Origin: Candidatus Tayloriibacteriota bacterium
GTDB taxonomy: Bacteria > Patescibacteriota > Minisyncoccia > Phycocordibacterales > PALSA-1337
Assembly (NCBI GenBank): GCA_003151615.1
Contig: PLXZ01000001.1
Coordinates: forward strand, 244,318-308,317
DNA: 64,000 bases
Reading direction: 5' to 3'
Under the pieces are notes generated by a model. The model saw only the letters and a list, made by a program, of their open reading frames with translations, did no database searches and was not told where the DNA came from. Every line of letters begins with the position of its first letter. Within the stretch, counting starts at the first letter, position 1. Shown here piece after piece: positions 61,291-64,000 of this stretch. The position numbers were made by a program, and so were the translations under genes.

Positions 61291-64000
61291 ATGGCTGTAA
61301 CAAATAATCTAAAACCACAAGTCGACACACCAGTATGGGAATGGTGCCGTCAGTTGCCGGCGGTATCGTCGAGCGTTAGCTCAACATGTTCGCCAAAGAA
61401 TTCCTTGCTACATGTCACGTTCGGCAGGTACATCTACTTTATGCAGTCGTTTGCCGTAACGACGGGTAACGTCTTGACTACCGGATTCTTCAGGTACGAT
61501 ACGATATCGGATTCGTACCAGGAGCTCAACCAACCGCCGTTCACGCCCGCTACCTACAGCTCGATGGAGTTTACCGAAGACCATGGATACGCGGGCTTCG
61601 TCTTGGGAAACGGCGGAGGTCCGAATACTTTACAAATCGCTGGAATGACCGGCCAGAGCTTGAAAGGGTTCGAAATCCGCATCGTCGACGGCACGGGAAA
61701 CGGCCAGATGAGGACCATCACCGGAGTCGCGGATCCCGTGATCTGGGATGTTGGGACAATCACAGCCGTCGCAGCGACGCCTACCGGTAACATCACTGAT
61801 TCATCCAAGAACTGGGTATGGAACCAGTGGGCAGGATACCAGCTGCGATTTGTGTCGAACAACGGACAGTCGCAGATAAGGAAGATCCTCTACAACACGG
61901 CCACCTCGATATATTTTGCCGATGTGGCGAAATTTGCCGAAGACCAATGGGCAGAAGCGCCGATGATTTCGGTAGCCAACTCGGCTTTGATCATACCGGT
62001 GCTAGCATCATCCGTATACCATATAGAATCCTCTGTCATAACCGTCGACTCGAACTGGATGACCATCCCGGATACGACGAGTCGTTTCATCGTGAGAAGC
62101 GGCGGCATCTGGTTTTTGAGCGCTGGCACCGAGTATGTATTGCAGTATTACGATGTTATAGCCGATACATGGTATTTGAGGAATGGTGGTGCAGCGACCA
62201 GCCCAATGACCGGTGTAGGCACCGATGCCTCTATCATCAATACCGGAGAGAGCGCGACAATATGGGAGAGGGGAACAGCCTCGAGCGGAAGCTCCACGAC
62301 TCTGGTAGACGCTACAAAGAACTGGATAGCTGGATCCGGTACCGCCGGAGCCAACCAATGGGTCGGCTATTATGTGCGTATCTGGTCCGGAACGGGAGAA
62401 GACCAATACAGGCTGATCACCGCCAACACAAGCAACACTCTGACTGTCGCCGCGTGGACGACCATCACTCCGGATTCGACGACGAAATATTTTATAGAAG
62501 GGGATGACAATGGCACGTTTACATCCGTAGGTGCGATGACGCAAACCGGCGCCTCGACGGGCACGATCATCGGCAATGTCTTCACTGCCGGATCGACGAC
62601 GGGATATTATTGTCCGGGACAGATTTTGACCGGTACCGGGGTTTTGGCTACAACGACTCTCTCTTCTCCTTTTGGTGCCTGTAATACCAACGGTTTGGTA
62701 ACTACAATTTATTTTGCCTGGGGAAATCCGTCAACAATGGGAATCACAGTTGGTATGGCAGTGTCGATCTCTTCCATCAGTGCCGGTACCGGAACTCTTG
62801 CCACTGCGGCGACAGGACCGACGTATGTCTCGACGATTGTTGCGCCGTCAGGCAGCACTCCTGGTTATATCACCGTCAGCAATGCCGTTTCTGTACAGCT
62901 GGTCGGAGTCACGCTCCAGTTCACCAATGCATGGTTCTCCGGTGCTGCTACGGCTGCTCATACAAATGCCGGAACAATCGTTACGCTCTCCGGAGGCAAC
63001 GGAACGACGGGCCTTTACCCGGGAATGTTGCTAACTGTCGGAACCGGTACCGGAACATTTGTCGCGCAGACGTATGTGACGCAAATCATTAACTCTACAA
63101 TGTTTCAAGTTTCTGCCGCCATGTCGGCAAACTTTGCCGGAAGCACGTGGATCCAAGGAACTCCACTGTCACAGACAGTCATCACTGCTCAATTATCCGG
63201 AGTGCCAGGCGGTGCAGGAACGTATTCCGTCTTTCCTTCACAACAGGTCGCCAGCACGACGATAACCGGGACAGGAGTAGGAACGGTCACGGACAACACG
63301 AAGGATTGGTTGGAAGAGAGATGGAATAACTATGCTGTCAGGATCAAGAGCGGAACAGGCAAGGGTCAAGTGCGAGCGATTACTAGAACCGTTAGTTCCG
63401 GTGCTGTCGTATATACCTCCGCTTCTGGGGCAACGAACGTAGGAGCCCTGATCACCGTCGGCAGTACTACTAATCTATCGGTCAACAACATCCTCAATAT
63501 TACCTCGGGAACTGGCGCTTTTGCTTTTGGAACATACGTCGTTTCCATATCGAGCAGCACGCAATTTATAGCTTCGGCGTCGCCGACAACGAACCTATCC
63601 GCGAGCGCAGTCGTTACGGCGTATGCAATCGATACGCTTGCCGTCTCTCCGGCATGGACGACGCAACCGGATAGCACTTCCACGTATGTTATTCATGGCA
63701 ATTCAGACAATCTGTACATCAGCGAGTCCGGATTGACGCCATTATTTCTCCAGAGTGTCGATGCCGATACGATATGCACGGGGCGAGTCTTGGAAAGAGG
63801 TGTGGCCAGAGGCGCTGCCGCTCAGATCGGAACACAGGAAGCTCATGCATTATCTACGGCAACGCCACCCATATCGGTCTTGAATATCACCGGAGGTTAC
63901 GGCTATATCGCTGGCGTGAACGTGACGAGCGGTTCATGGACGAGCAACATCGCCACGCTTGGATATACGACTACAGCTGCCGTAGGCACGCTTGCAGTGG
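61291..64000 (+). CDS. giant Thr/Gly/Ser-rich repeat protein, runs off the right edge (not in ORF track)
   Basis: MAVTNNLKPQVDTPVWEW...; frame open at the points checked; recurring D.TK.W..N.W..Y.VRI..GTG..Q.R.I modules. Confidence 0.85.
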   Translation, partial: MAVTNNLKPQVDTPVWEWCRQLPAVSSSVSSTCSPKNSLLHVTFGRYIYFMQSFAVTTGNVLTTGFFRYDTISDSYQELNQPPFTPATYSSMEFTEDHGYAGFVLGNGGGPNTLQIAGMTGQSLKGFEIRIVDGTGNGQMRTITGVADPVIWDVGTITAVAATPTGNITDSSKNWVWNQWAGYQLRFVSNNGQSQIRKILYNTATSIYFADVAKFAEDQWAEAPMISVANSALIIPVLASSVYHIESSVITVDSNWMTIPDTTSRFIVRSGGIWFLSAGTEYVLQYYDVIADTWYLRNGGAATSPMTGVGTDASIINTGESATIWERGTASSGSSTTLVDATKNWIAGSGTAGANQWVGYYVRIWSGTGEDQYRLITANTSNTLTVAAWTTITPDSTTKYFIEGDDNGTFTSVGAMTQTGASTGTIIGNVFTAGSTTGYYCPGQILTGTGVLATTTLSSPFGACNTNGLVTTIYFAWGNPSTMGITVGMAVSISSISAGTGTLATAATGPTYVSTIVAPSGSTPGYITVSNAVSVQLVGVTLQFTNAWFSGAATAAHTNAGTIVTLSGGNGTTGLYPGMLLTVGTGTGTFVAQTYVTQIINSTMFQVSAAMSANFAGSTWIQGTPLSQTVITAQLSGVPGGAGTYSVFPSQQVASTTITGTGVGTVTDNTKDWLEERWNNYAVRIKSGTGKGQVRAITRTVSSGAVVYTSASGATNVGALITVGSTTNLSVNNILNITSGTGAFAFGTYVVSISSSTQFIASASPTTNLSASAVVTAYAIDTLAVSPAWTTQPDSTSTYVIHGNSDNLYISESGLTPLFLQSVDADTICTGRVLERGVARGAAAQIGTQEAHALSTATPPISVLNITGGYGYIAGVNVTSGSWTSNIATLGYTTTAAVGTLAV

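Overview
A chromosomal window from a small-genome bacterium, most likely CPR/Patescibacteria (Parcubacteria-like). That assignment is inferred from gene style: DsbA-VKOR, class F sortase, SIMPL, secE-nusG-rplK without rplA, pilin-LamG and tRNA-Ile(UAU). The main feature lies at 18.6-37.8 kb. An intact cas1 and a divergent cas2-like gene sit beside smpB/tmRNA and are followed directly by ten identical 37-bp CRISPR-like repeats (CCTGCATAATAGTGTCGCAAAAAGGAGATTGTGCAAC). The repeats are separated by nine unrelated inserts of 254-5947 bp rather than ~35-bp spacers. The inserts hold whole genes plus genes cut mid-ORF at the repeat edges, and are rich in mobile-element DNA (coupling protein, relaxase, ArdC, RadC, JAB). 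No interference genes are present in the window. This looks like a Cas1-Cas2-driven system that captures kilobase-sized DNA. Also present: tmRNA with a long tag, an unannotated structured RNA after rplK, a PEP-CTERM-like foreign gene, efflux clusters, an islet flanked by a synonymous-only duplication, ftsH, and tatA next to a Tat-like signal protein and a giant repeat protein. All calls come from reading the sequence; no database searches were run.
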